Origin: Camelus dromedarius
Taxonomy: Eukaryota
NCBI RefSeq assembly: GCF_036321535.1
Contig: NC_087437.1
Coordinates: 99,884,001 to 99,948,000, forward strand
Length of the DNA: 64,000 bases
Direction of reading: 5' to 3'
A model generated the notes under the pieces. That model saw nothing but the letters and a program-made list of their open reading frames with translations. It made no database searches and was not told the DNA's origin. This document shows, in pieces, positions 37,351-51,289 of the stretch (position 1 is its first letter; every line of letters starts with the position of its first letter). Both the position numbers and the translations under genes were made by a program.

Positions 37351-40300
37351 ACAGCTTTCAGTCCATTATGTGTTGATGTCCTGCATATTTAAAGCACTTG
37401 ATTTTATGAAATAGCTTCCTATAAATCAGCCTCTCCATTATAGGGTATCAGTGTACACAACTCTAAGTTCCTTCACTTTTTGTTTTACTGGACAAATGCT
37501 ATGAACATTTTAAAGTTGTCCACTTGATCTTTGCTAACTTATGATTACAAAATTCACCTTCCCCTCTATTTTCACCTTTCTCTGCCTACTGATCACAAGG
37601 CAATTGAGGGGATGCTCTTAGGATGTGCTCTTGTATTATAAAAGTATATATGTTTGAACCAAAGTAAGTATGCAGAGCCTTAGGAATTGACTGTTGAGTG
37701 CTTCCCTCTTTTATTCATGAACTGGAATTTAAACTCTGAGACACTGTCTTCTTTTTCCACAGCAAGAGTCAACTTCTTTAGGAGTGTGCTAATGTAATTG
37801 TTAATTACATTAGTGTAATAATGCTAAGAAAATACATTTCAGAAGAAAATGGGAAACCCAGACACCAACTTCAAGGTTTTCCCTTAAAATAAGAAGTCGA
37901 GACATAGATGTCCATCTTTGAAACTTAAAAAAAAAAAGCTTTTTTGATTCTAAAACTCTTATTTATTTTACTGTAATGCATTATCTAGTAAGAGATTATG
38001 TGGTATTACAGTGGCCACTAACCTCCAACTTTGCCTGTCTAACCGCCATGACCCAGTGTAAATGCTGGGAGAATATGACTCATTTTCCTTTTAGGCTTTA
38101 GGCTTTTAGAATAGAATTTCACTGGTTTCCATTTCCTTTGATATAAATCACATTATTTTTTGACACTCTTGTGTTCTCGTTTCCACTAGAATGCCTCCCT
38201 CCCAGCACTGATTTATTTCCATCATTGTGGCAAGAAATAGTAGATCACAAAAGTTACGGAGATTTTGCATGTAAAATAAATAACTGATACTTTTTCAAAC
38301 AAAAAGGGAAAATTAGTCTCAAACTTATACCATCTTTTAGATCTAATATGCCTTCATCAATGAAATTAACATGAAAATTTGAAACAATTTAAATTCTGTC
38401 TAAATGTATATGATTTAGTCCTGCCTGATTTGTTTGTGGGGGGGGGGGATAGACTTAATTTATTTAATATGTGATCTTTGACTTACATAGATTTTCCTTT
38501 CCTTTTTGTCGGGGAGGGGGACATTAATTTACATAAAGATGTAACCAGTATTCAGTTTTGAAGTGTACTTAAAGCTACTCTAAAAGCTTTAGAATGTTAG
38601 CAATGGATTTCACTCCATAGTCTATGAACAAATGTGAATTTCACAGTTACTTTGCTGTTTAGGGTTTGTTTTCTGGCTAGAACATTAGTGATAAGTCAAA
38701 CATTTGCCATATGTGGTTAATTCTTTCCTAACTATGCTATATTTTTGTTATGTCCTCTCATATTAAAATAATGCTACTTCGCAACAGTAGAAAGTGCTAA
38801 TACCATGGCATAAACTGTGACAACGATCCTGTGTTAATACTGTATTTTCAGGCACCTGTAAAGCAGTTACACATATTTGCCCCATATTGAAATGTAGCAT
38901 AATCACAATCTAAAAGCAAGTTTTCTTTTTCTTAACCTTTAATCTTTAAATGAAAAAGGGGGAGAAAAAGATATTTTCCCCAGCTAAGCACACTCCGTAA
39001 ACAAATATGCTACATCTGTTTTGGCTGGCATGGATGGGGCCCTGCAGGGTAATACATTACTTCAGATTTCAAAACTGACACTTTTCAGAGTAGTAGTTCT
39101 CTGTGTTGCAAAGCAGCAGACATCCATCTGTAGAGATTTTATTTTCCAGTGACGTTTATTTAGGATTTTTTACTGGATGAATTGAACTTGCAAGTTTATG
39201 AACTCTATTGAAGCAATTATCTCCCCAGCTCAGAAGGAGCTGTTGGAATTCTTCACGTCACGACCACACGGCCAGCAGGATCCCTCATCATGGACCATCA
39301 CAGAGGCACTTTTGTGGTTTATTTGGAAGGCATTTTCATGCTAGATCTCATTTTTCAATACTTTGCAGCTTCTTCAAAAGGCTTTGTTAGCCTTAATGTG
39401 GAGTTCAGAGCAATGTATCTTTTTTTTTTTTTTTTTTGAGAGATTGGTGCATAAGAAAAAGTGTTCCCAGGGTATTTGGTGGTGGGATAATACTAAATTA
39501 GGCCATGATAAAAAATATAGTCGAGGCTAACATTTTAAATTGAAGAACCATTTGAAAGAATTGAATTCAGGTATTTAGATGCTGAAGAATACACTGGGAA
39601 TATTTTATATTCACAAAGGATTTTCTTCCGACTCCCCTTTCCCTCCATTATCCGTTCCCCAAACACAGACATGTACACATTCTTTTGAAGTATGTGAAGG
39701 TGAAATCATAGCAGGCATGCCTCTCAGTCTATGCCTGTGGGCATGATTTTAAAGAGAGCTTGAAGGGGTTTATTTCTGTTAAAATGCATAGACAGGTCAT
39801 ATTTTTTAAAAAAATATGCAACACAAGAACTCAATAAAAGCAGTCACATGTATATACGCATGTACAAACATATACAAGAGCTTGCTAATATAAATATATA
39901 GTATATTTATGGTACTGGCAGAGATGGACAATTAAACAATGTGCAGTTGGGTGTGTAAAACCGAGGTCCAGTCAACAGATGTGAGTGTATTTGAGGGTAA
40001 AACTGTCAACTAGTGCTGTAACGCAATATGCTTATATTCAGAAAATACATCAGACACAAAAGAAACAAAAGAAATGTGTGCTTTCTTTGTTCAATTTCAA
40101 AAGGAGATTATTTTTGGTATTGTTTTTATTACAGGAGAAAAAACAATAATGATCTAATTGCCAGAAAACATGCATACAACATGAGACTTGGGAATCTGAG
40201 TTCTTGAAAGCCATATCCAGAGATTTTCTCTAATACCTTTATTTTCAGAGTGTTTCTCCTCAAGGGGACAAAATATTTCTACAGCCTTTATCTCATTAAT

Positions 40301-41545
40301 CCTCACATGATCATTGTTAGGGAGTCAGGCAGGCAGGCTAGGACTTCTGTAGAATCCACTGCTGAAATAGACAGACAATGGCTGCTAGAGTGACTTGATT
40401 GAAATTATAGAACAAGTCGGGGGCACAGCTGGTGAAAGGACCTGGGTCTGCTGTTTGCCAGAGCTTTCTTTTACCCGACAGAACATATTGCCTAAAGCTG
40501 AGAATCCCACAGCGTCCTTGATTACGTATTTTCAAATTATAGTTCACTTTAGAGATTCCTATTAAAAATCGGATATGGCAGCAGGCCTGGAAATCATTTA
40601 GGAAACCCCAGGTTTCAAGCAAGTGGGAGATTTAAGAAGCAGAGCTGGAGGGGTGGAAATCTAAAACGTAGGTGGGGATGGAATGTCTAAACACTGTCTA
40701 CTGGCTCTTTTAACTTGGAGGGCATCATGCTAGGTGCTCTACTGGGTAATCAAAAAGATGCAAAAGGTGTTCCCTAGGCAGGCATGCACACATGCATTCA
40801 TTCATTCATTTACTTTTACAAGTGGCTTCTTGTTAAAGCTCCATTTCCACTGTTAAGTTGAGGAGAAGACGAATTAAGAATAGAAAGATATATAGCTATT
40901 TTAAAAGCCCAAGGACAGCTTGAAATGAACTCTTTCATAAAAGGAAGGGCTTTTCTCCTGAGAAAGACTCTTGAGGCTCCCTCTTGTCTCACTAGGATTT
41001 TTTAAGGCACAGTCTAGTAGGAATAGACTTTCCCCCATGAATTATTGATACTCGAAAGCAGTTTTAATTGTTTTTCCTTTCAGCACTATATAGAGAAACC
41101 CAATAATGATTCTCACTGCAATATTAACATATGTTTAAGCATGCCACAGTACCAGGGGAAAGCTTCTCATTTTCCTGAAACAGTATCTTCTTTAACTTCG
41201 AGAAATATGATTTAAATTAGTAATAAAGATGAGAAGTAATCTAACTTAGGTTATAAAATTGCTTTCTGTGCTGAAATATTCTCTAGGAAAATGAGCAAAG
41301 AATACATTTATGTAAAATTTAATTTAATCCTTGGGAAGCATGATTAAACATTGAAATATGGAATGTGTAGAAATAAGGTAAATTTCACTATAATATGGGG
41401 GGTTTTTTGGTCACAGATATAAAAAAATTAAGGAAAAAGATCTTACAGTATATAAAGATTTGAAACACTGAAATATAATGTTTATTAAAAAATAATGATT
41501 TCCTAATAAGCACAGAGCTTAAAAATATTTTCAGTAAATATCTGA

Positions 41546-42033
41546 CAGCAGTTGTCAAACTGTTGACCTTAAGACCCTTTAAATTACTAAAAATTATTGA
41601 GGATGCCAAAGTACATGTATATAGATTATACCTATTTACTCTATTAGAAATTAAAACAGAAACTTTTGAAATACTTAATTTATTAAAATAAAAATAATAA
41701 GCAGATTGCATGTTAACATAAACAATACGTTTTTCAAGAAAAAGTGTGCTATTTTCCAAAAAAATAGATACTTGAGAAGAGTTGTATTGTTTTACATTTG
41801 TGTGAACTTTTTTTTTATTGGTTGGCTTAATTGGCTATAATCACATGTCTGCTTTTGCCTTCAGTCTGTTGTGAAGTCACAGGCAATGCATTTTCCAGAA
41901 AACTACTGACAACTATTGAGGGAATGAGAGAGAACAAGGCAAGTAACATGCTGGCATTACTAAAGAAAGAGTCTGACCTTACGGGTCCCTGAAAAGGTCC
42001 TGCGGACCCCCAGATCACACTTTAGAATGGCTG
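41546..42033 (+). mobile_element. hAT-Charlie DNA transposon (Charlie4a-like)
   Basis: Begins 'cagcagttgtcaaactgttgaccttaagaccctttaaattactaaaaattattgagga', ends 'gatcacactttagaatggctg'; degenerate CAG...CTG termini. Confidence 0.8.
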
Positions 42034-42034
42034 A

Positions 42035-42176
42035 AGAGCCCCAGACTGGAATGCTGCAGACCTCCTTTCTGTTTCTGGTGCTATCACTGGCCAGATTTTT
42101 CACTTTAGGTTGAACATTCTCATCTGCAAAATGAAGGTGTTCAATCAGAGTATCTCTGAGGTCACTTCTATGTTCT
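42035..42176 (+). mobile_element. MIR3-like fragment
   Basis: 'agagccccagactggaatg...ttctcatctgcaaaatgaagg...tctctgaggtcacttct'. Confidence 0.6.
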
Positions 42177-42484
42177 CATTGCCCTCAAAAACTGTCTTCA
42201 TCATCATGTTAATCCATTACCCACAAATATATTTTTGTATATGACATTATAATTAGGATTAAGGTTAAAAGAAAGAAGTTTTTAAGTAAATGATGATACA
42301 TTAAATGCCAATCATTATTACTATGTGGATGTTTATTTGGACTCAGGTGTAGATACAGCTTGTTTTATTGAAGAAATGAAGACAAACGGCTAACCTCTAT
42401 CTCCTTCAGTCACCGAGGTAACTCTCAGGAAGTGCGGACTCTCATTCCCCTATGAGCGTGTCCTAGATATGAGCAGACCTCTCT

Positions 42485-42735
42485 CTGAAATTAGACATGT
42501 TGTGCAGAATCCCAGCTCTCCCGTTTAGTAGTTATGTGATAACGATCAAGTAATGTAACCTCTGAACCTAAAACTGCTCTCAAAAAAATTGTCTTAGTAC
42601 TTTTTTAATTAATAAAAGGTAGTAATAGTCTCATCTTATATGATTTTTATAAGAATTGCGTGAGGTAGTCCACATGAAGTACTTAGCAGAGCATGGGGCC
42701 TAAGCGAAAGCAAAGCACTCAAAAACTATAATGCT
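42485..42735 (+). mobile_element. MIR SINE with a small internal insert
   Basis: 'gaatcccagctctcccgtttagtagttatgtgataacgatcaagtaatgtaacctctg...gaagtacttagcagagcatggggc...aagcactcaaaaa'. Confidence 0.75.
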
Positions 42736-43339
42736 GTTTTCACCAAAATTTCCTCCTACATCTCCTTGGTTGCAATTGCTTACTGTATTATTATCATTAT
42801 TATTATGATTTTCCATTTGAAATCTTCAGATAATCTTTTTTTCAAGCATGATTATGATCAATGCAGTAAATCTTTACCACAAGCAAAGGAAAAAAGCACA
42901 GAAACAACTATATTCACAGTGCCATGTAATAACCACTCAGTATCTAGATGTGTATTTCTAGTCATTTTTACGTTTACATTTATTTTTAAATAGTATTTTG
43001 TCATACACAGATGTTAGTCTGCTTCTCCCTCTTATTCATATGTTATCAACAATTTTCCACACCAAAAAATTCTACTGTAATGAGATTTTTACACTCTTAA
43101 TTGAAATATCATAAGGATAGTCAACATTTATTCAATTTTTTTCCAGCTTAAATATATCATTCCTGGTTTTCTACTATTGAGAGAAACATTATTGACTGAG
43201 CCTAGTATGTATTTGTCATTTCCTAGAGAATTCCCTTGAGTATGTCACTCTCTTAAATACAAATATAGGTGTGTCCAAATACTTGGCCTTTTGTGAGTTT
43301 ATATGAAATTATTTCTTAGGATTCAATTTTAAGCCTTAT

Positions 43340-43710
43340 TGTGGTCTTCCCCTTAACTTTCTCCTTGAATGATCTCATCTATTCCATTAGCTTTAGTATG
43401 CGTCCCAAATTTATATATCCAGCCCTAAAATTTCTTCTGAGATCCAGACTCATATATCCATCTCCCCACTTGATGTCTCTATTTCGATATATCACAAGCA
43501 TTGCAAATGTATCATATACCAAACTAACTCTTCATTTTCTTACTCCCTTAAATCTTTCCCTTCTTCATTTGTCTTTCCATAAATAAGAGCAACAATTTGC
43601 TGTTAACATCAAGAACATGGAAGTCTTTTTTGGTTCCTACATTTCTCTCCCTTCCTATAATCAATCCATCTTAAGCTGTCTAAACCTTTCACTTTCTGCA
43701 TGCCATTGCT
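43340..43710 (+). mobile_element. L2 LINE fragment
   Basis: 'tgatctcatctattcc...tcccaaatttatatatccagccc...gatccagactcatatatcca...cttgatgtctc'. Confidence 0.8.
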
Positions 43711-44786
43711 TGTCACTGAGAAAAATCTCTGCCGTCTTTACAGAATGAAAGGACTTAGCTTTGTACAATCCAAAGTCGGTAATTGTGCTTCCTTTTACCT
43801 AATGCCATTTTTATTTGGAATTATTCTTAAAAGTTTATAGATCATAAGAAGCTCATTTTCATGCACTATAGGGATATCCAATAAAACAGGTAGGCCTATT
43901 GTCAAAAGGATGGAAAGATTTGCAAATAATTAAAGAAGCAGATTTGGCATGGACTAGTGAGCAAAGGGCCCTGTTTTGATGTCAACATTTATTTGAAAGA
44001 GCCCAAGAAGAGTATTGACCTAAAAAGGTAGATGAAACGGTAATGATCTGTTGGCTTGTATAATGCTTCATGACCTTCTGTTAATTACTATTCAAGAAAT
44101 CTCTAAAAGTCTATAATTTTCTCTTTTTTATATAGGAAAAACCGGTAGAAAAAATTTAACAATATTTTTAACTCCACACATCACACTTTCCTAGCTTATA
44201 CATCCTAATCCAGTCTAAATATTCAAGGTTTAATGCTTTGAAAAATAATGACATACTCTGGAGGTATGAGGAAATACAAAAGTTCCCTAGCTTGACCAAA
44301 AGTTTAATAAGATTCTTTCACTGTATGAATGTTAAATATTTCCTGAGAAAACACATTGGTATACCTTTGTCTTCCTCAGGACGGGATTAATAGACTATAT
44401 TATACAATTTCTTTCATTTAAAGGAGTTAAGTAAAAAAAAAAAAAAGATACTTTGTGCTTTAAATATGTTGTCCCTTAAAGAAAAAGAATCTTTCTCTGT
44501 ATTCTCAGGAAAAGTCAAACTGTGACGTTAAAGGTTGATTTCCAGACATGAAATAACACTTTAAAATGATCATTAAGCTAATGACAGTCATTAAATGAGG
44601 TAGTGAAATCTTCTTTAAAATGGCTAATATTTGGTAAATAAATATGGAAGAATTATAAGCATTCTCATTTGGGTAATATTCCTTCTAATCAAGGTAAACC
44701 TTTCAATGAATTAGATTGGTTTATTGATTTTGTCTTAAATGAACTATGCATTTTCTATCTTTCTATCTATGAAATGAGGAATACAG

Positions 44787-47042
44787 TATATCAGTTAGCT
44801 TTTCATGTGTCACAAAATACCTCAAAAGTTAGTGATCTCAAACAACAATACTTTTACTGTTTCATATGAAGTAACTGATTAGCTGAGCAATTTTTCTTGT
44901 CTGGGCTGAAGCTGGATGGGCTAGGATGACCTCAGGCAGTTGGCTCAGGGTCACCTGGAGTGATAGAGATGATTTGGCTACCATCATGTAACAGACTAGG
45001 ATTGTTTACATGGTGGTAGTTGCAGAGTTCCATGTATAGAAAATGGTAGCAAGTCCCAATATACAAGTCCTTTAGAGCCTGTACTTGTGTCATATCTGTT
45101 AATATCTCATTGGCCAAAGCAAGTCACTTGACTAAGCCCAGATTCAAGAGCTAGATTCAAGAAATAGACTCTACCTCTTGATGGGAGGAGCTATAAAAGT
45201 CAAACTGCAAGGAGATACGTTAAACAGATGGAAAATTTGTAGCAATTTTTGCAATCTATCACAGACTGCCTTCTGGCCACAAATTATTCTTACTATGTGT
45301 AACATATGTTCACCCATCCCAGATGCCAAAAGTCTGATTCAGTTATACCATTTATGGCATCTGGCTCGAAGTCCAGGTTCTCATGATCTGCTTGTCTGGA
45401 TGTGGATGTGGCTCATTGGATGCAGCTGCTCTTCATCCAGACAACTGTGAACTAAAAGCATAAGTTATCTACTGCCAATTAACCTAATATAATAGGATGA
45501 GATGGTAGCAAGAGAACTGCAATAATTGCTTCTAATCAAAAAGAAAAGGAACTAGAGGCACAGAGCAATCCTCGGTCTGAGCCAATTCTGTAATCCATCC
45601 AAGCACAGGTTAAAATGTTCCCCTGCTCTGGATCTGGGAATGTTCCTTGTTTAGAATCCATTTCTGCTTTCTGAGAGTAATTTGCTTGTCCACTATTCTC
45701 TGGATTCTCTTTATGTAAGAAAGGATATTCATCTAGGATTTTCATCTCTTTATGTAAGAAATGGCTGTGATTCTCATTCTGATCTCTATCCATAGACTGT
45801 TAGGAGCCTGGAAATCTTATTTCTTTTGAACTACTGAAATCCCTTTGAGTGAAAGCAGGCAGTTCTTTTATTAGTATAATGGTCTTAAAAACCTCATGGA
45901 TCGCCCATGAATCTGATTCACATCCACTCTCTGTGATTCTTAAAATTCTCTACTCCTAAATTTTGCATCCAATTTTTTGCAAGACAGGCCTCTCTCTACT
46001 TCAGATGTGGTGTGCTACTGTAGGAAGAAAAAATGCACTTAAGATTATTAAGAGCCTATTTGTCTTGCGAGGGCTCTTCTGTCTAATTTAGAAGATTTAG
46101 AGATTATTACAAAGGGTCTTCTAGCTACACCCTTGATTTTATGTTTACACTAAGACTTTCCTTCTTTGTGAATTTTTAACAGCTTGAGAGACGGAAGATA
46201 AAATCTAATTTTATTTTTTAATGCAGCAAGTCTTGGATAATTTTTATTACTTCTAAAATCTTTCAAACACCTCATTTTTTAGCTCATCTCTCTTTCCATG
46301 TAGTATCATATGCAGAAGTCAATTGACACTTTATGCATTCTGTCCAAAAGTCTCCTTAGATAGATCCATGGTCCTTTAGGTACATTTTCTATTGTCCAAA
46401 TTCCTGTAGAAGAAAGTCTTGCTAAATGGTCCACTGTGTCATAACCTGGCTCACCATTTTTTCAGTCTCTACTAACAGTTGCCTCATTGTTTTTCAACCT
46501 CCATCTACAGCCTGACTCAAAAGACAATATTATATACTTTAGGTTTTGTTTCAGATACCAGTTTTTACATTAATTAGCTTTTGCTGTGTTAAATATTTGC
46601 TGCAAACAATAAACACTTATTATTTTTTATGATTCTGTGATTTGCCTGCTCCTTCTCATTCTCTGTCCAGCTGTCTAGTCCTAGAAATTTTTAGATAGCC
46701 TAATTCATGTATCTGGAGTAGATTTGATGCCAGTTGGGGTGATGGGGATGACCTTGGCATGACTCACTCATCATCTGGCATGTTAACATTGGCCCCTTTA
46801 GTCGTAGCAGCATACATGAGAGTTGCAAGAGAAGTTCCCAGTGCACTATGTTTTTCTGGCTTCATCTTATGCTACCTTTGATAATACCCTTTTGCCCAAA
46901 GCAAGTCACATAATCAGGCCCAGCCTCAAGAGGTGGAAAGATCAATTCTACTTCTTGATGGATGAGCTGCAAAGCTACACTACGAAGAGCAAGATCCATA
47001 AAGGAGTAGAATAATTTCTGGTTATTTTTGCATTCCATCACA
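44787..47042 (-). mobile_element. Two-LTR MaLR element (MLT1G/H-like): LTR 44787-45263, internal 45264-46565, LTR 46566-47042
   Basis: Two co-oriented diverged LTRs share 'ccaaagcaagtcac', 'cttgatgg..gagct..aaa' and the ending 'tttttgca.t..atcaca', and flank ~1.3 kb of MLT1-int-like sequence. Confidence 0.85.
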
Positions 47043-48556
47043 GCAAGCATATTTTACATAAGACTTGGTTATCATTTTTTATGGTGAGTCTAATCATTTA
47101 AAGCTTGGTAAATTTCCTATGCTAAGTTTAAGGGAAAGATCAATTATTATTATTTCCATAAAATTATTTAAGGTTATGAGGATAGAAACATATGTGTTAA
47201 GCTAAATTGAATTATAAATGTTGATGTCTTTTAAAAGACATCCTCATGTGAATTGGAGACAGTGTTGCAAATCATGTGAAGTTAGTTACTACATCTACAC
47301 TCTCTTGATAAAATTGTAAGAAGATTATCTCTGTGACAAACTTATGCTATTTTGATTGTGTTGCTCTAGCAAACCAATTTAAAGATAATTTCCAAGATTC
47401 TTAATTGACTTAAGACCCTGGGCTAGTTAATGAATGAGTAATCCCTCTAAAGTGGAAACTTAAACAAGTTATACATATCATTATAATATGCTGGTAAGTT
47501 AGTATCTTAAAGCTAAAGGTGAAAGCTTTGTCATCTTAAACATGTTTATTAAAAGTTTATATAGACTCATATCTAAATCATTAGACAAATAAACTTTTGG
47601 TAGGATAAAGAGTAGAGGACAGATAAGTCAAAATTGTCCTTGAAGTATTTAATCTTTTTTTTTTTAAAAAAAGATAAGGAATTAGTCTCTGTATTCTGCA
47701 CAGGTAGCAGAGTTTCCTTAACTCACCAGAATTCTCTCATCTGAGATGTTGTTTTATTATCATGCTTATGAATTATTTGATAATAAATGATAACATTTCT
47801 CACTTCTGAAAGAACTAAACTTACCTTATTACAGTACCCTCTGCTATGTTATTTTGATATGTTATCACTCTGATGAATACTAATCAAGTTTGTTACCTAA
47901 AATTTATGTTTATATCTTGCTATAATGGTCAAATGTCCTTTTATCAATCTTTTTGATATTGACTTTCCCAAACTTGGTTACCAAATTCAGAATTATGAGA
48001 CTGTTTAAATATCTTTTACATCCTTACTCTCTTGTGGAAAAAAAAAAAAGTTTCTCACTTACTTTCTAAAAGAGAAGTGTTGAGAAATAATTAGGTAGGT
48101 TTGGTGTCCTCCATATGTTAATTAGATCAACCCCATTGTGTGAGAGAGAGCCACTCTATTTGTCAAGTGAACAGTACAGGAAGAGCTGTCAAATCAAAAG
48201 GAGAAGCTGAGCCTCCTCTGGGTCAATTATGTACAAGTCAGATATTATTAACATGAACATGTTTCCAAATTGTACGTGCTTCCAGGACAAATTGAAACAT
48301 TCTCATGCTCATGTACAAAGCCTGGCACAAGATTGCTAGAACAAACAGATTCTTAAAATCTTTTGTTTTTGCATTCAGCTGGTAGCACATACAAGACACA
48401 TTTATTAGATGGCTCAGAGGCTCTGCAGGTTTTTCAATGGAGTGGACATGTTTGTATACAAAAATACAGATGTGGGTACAATTTCTGACTATATGAAAGC
48501 CAGCCCAGTCCAACATCTCTGTTGTTTCTTCCATGATGACCCCACTCTGCTAATCT

Positions 48557-49031
48557 TATTGCAGGTAGAATAATGACCCCCCCAAAGATATCCATGTCTT
48601 AATCCCCAGAACCTGTGACTAATTTAGGTTAGATGACAGATGAGAATTCAGGTTGTAGATGGAATTAAGGTTGTTAGTCAGCTGACCTTGAGATAAGATT
48701 TTCCTGTGTTATTTGAGAGGGCTCAATGCAATCACAAGTGGGAGGAAGAGGAGGGGAGAGATATTTGAAGATGCCAAACTGCTGGCTTTGAAGGTGGAGG
48801 AAGCAGCCACAAGCCAAGGGATGAAGGTGGACTTTAGAAGCTGGAAAAGGCAAGGAAATAGATTTCCCAAATAGACTCTGGAAAGGATAGCAGCCCCACT
48901 GATATCTCAGTTTTAGCCCACTGAGACCCATTTCAGACTTCTGACTTCAAGAACTATAAGATAATAAATGTATATTGTTTTAAGAACTAAATTTGTCATA
49001 ATTTGTTACAGCAGCTATAGAAGCTAATACA
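48557..49031 (+). mobile_element. MLT1D solo LTR
   Basis: 'gaataatgacccccccaaagatatccatgtcttaatccccagaacctgtga...ggaattaaggttgttagtcagctgaccttgagat...atttgttacagcagctatagaagctaataca'. Confidence 0.92.
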
Positions 49032-49059
49032 CTCGCATATTTGTAACAGACATTAGAAT

Positions 49060-49720
49060 AAAAACCAGTGGCTTAAAAGTCCCTTGTAAGACATTGCATG
49101 AACTAGCCTCTCCTTCCTCTCTTACCTCATCTTGCCACTCTTCCCTGGTTACTCTGCTCAAGAGATACTCTCATTGCTCTAACTTGCCAAATTCTTCTAC
49201 CTGAGGTCTTTGTACTTGCCACACCTTTGTCTAGAGTGCTCATTTCTTTGCTGTTTGTCAGACTGTGCTCTTTCTCATTCTTCAAGTTGCCTTTAAGTCA
49301 CATTCTTCAAGTGACCTTTAAGATTTTCATCAAAGAACATTTGATGATATATATATATCCTACTGCTTCTGTTTTTCTGAAGAACCCTGACTCATGCTGA
49401 AGGGAAAAAACACACCATCTCTTGAAGGAAAGAGCACCCAGTGTGTTCACAGAGGGAAGAAAATGATAGTAGCCATCTTTGGAGATCAGTAAAAATAAAC
49501 ACCAGCTTTGCAAAATGGTTTAGTCTTTTCTTTGACAAGCCAACAGCACTCTCTATTACATGCCTTTCATTACATGCCTCTCAATTGTTTATGCATCTAT
49601 CTTTTCCACTGGATTTTTAGTCCTTTACAGGTAGGGCTTGTGTCTCATTAATTACTATGTTCTTAGCATCTTACTTCAATACCTTAATAATATTTACTTG
49701 ATGAAAGAATGGATGAATGA
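49060..49720 (+). mobile_element. L2 3' end interrupted by short LTR fragments (~49345-49495)
   Basis: 'cctgaggtctttgtacttgcc' and tail 'taataatatttacttgatgaaagaatggatgaatga'; inner 'tatcctactgcttctgtttttctgaagaaccctgactc' is MLT2-like and 'agccatctttggaga' is MLT1-like. Confidence 0.6.
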
Positions 49721-49839
49721 AAAAATATACCCTACATTCATAAATATTTCATTGAATTTTGTATAAACTTTCTTAATTCCCTCTTAACACCTACTTAATT
49801 ACCTTATACTCTTATACTCTTCCTGACAAATGCACAACA

Positions 49840-50078
49840 GAGGGATAAATTGGGCGTTTGGGATATGCAGATACTAACTATATAAAAAAGATAAACAACA
49901 AGGCCCTACTGTACAACACAGGGAACTATATTCAATACCTTATAATAGCCTATAATGAAAAAGAATATGAAAAAGGATAAAACATATGTATAACTGAATC
50001 ACTATGCTGCACACCAGAAATTAACACATTGTAAACCAACTATACTTCAATTAATTAATTAATTAATTAATTTTAAAA
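49840..50078 (+). mobile_element. Young L1 3' end with a (TTAA)n-derived tail
   Basis: 'agggataaattgggcgtttggg...acacagggaactatattcaatacctt...gtaaaccaactatacttcaattaattaattaattaattaa'. Confidence 0.92.
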
Positions 50079-51289
50079 GATACTCATGGTAAAAAACAGT
50101 ATACAACACTCTATCCCACTATTTCTCTGGGACAGCATCCCCACAATATGGAACCAACAATGTACAATTACAGTATCTGTCCCTCATTTGAACAAAAGAA
50201 AGATAATCCAGTTATAATTAACAGTATCCCAACAGAACATTTGATGAGATAAATTTTAAATTATAAAATTGTTTCAATGCTTAGAAATTTTAAGAATTAC
50301 AATTTGTTTACAATTTTAAAATCTGCTTATGAATAATAATATGTTCTTTCATACTGATTGCTGATGTGAGTCTTTTTATATCTGGAAATATTACATATCC
50401 CAGAGCTCATAATTCTCCTGTGATGTACAGAAAAGTGGGGTATATGCTTCTAATAAAGATGCTGACCGGTTAACCTCCCTGCCTCTTGCTTCACTCTCTC
50501 CCCTCGTCACTGTTCATGAACGCTGCATTTCTAACAAAGAAACAACAATTTCAGAGCTTAGGAAGGGCCTAAACTTTGCTTTATCAAGGACAATACTGGC
50601 AACTTTCCAGAAACCTGGAGGCCATGGCTCATCTGCAAGTTATGTACATATATTTGCATGAATTTTATTTTGATTAGTAGCCCCAGCCCATGGTGGTACT
50701 CAGGATGAATGAAGCATTTTACATATATGAATAAAAGAAGATGATTTAGTAGTCTTATTGCTCATGGCTGTTTTGCCTATTCCTCAAACTCTAGCTCTCC
50801 TCATCCGTCCCTTTCTTGTTATTTCCTCTCTTTAAATCTGGAACAGGTGTTGCTTTTCCTTTTTTAACATTTGATTCTATCTAAATGGAAGATGCCCTGC
50901 TTTTGTGTTTTATTGATCCATTCAATAGACCTACTATGACCAAAATTACTGTGACTTTGTGAGTCTTGCAAAGTTTTTTATCTTCTCTGGCATAAATGGT
51001 ATCTTTTTTGGGCTGAGTCAGTGGAGTACACAAAGCTTGATAACTCTATAAGACCTAACTCTATAAGTCCTAATATCAGTGTTCCATTCCTGTGATGCCT
51101 GCAATGCAATGCGCAAGCAACAGTAACCTCTCATCACATCACCCTGTAGAAATTGGGGCTTGAAGAACTGGCACAATGCTGTTACTCTGGCTAGTGTCAT
51201 TACTGTGAGGAAAAAAAGAACTGTTTTTTGTCTCTGATCTAGGCATCATGTTTTCTGCCAGTAGTTATGAAACCAAGTACCTTATTCTT

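Noticed and set aside
41388..41759. 123-aa ORF overlapping the hAT element, considered as a transposase
   Set aside because: The element is a short non-autonomous derivative; the ORF is AT-rich with no transposase motifs
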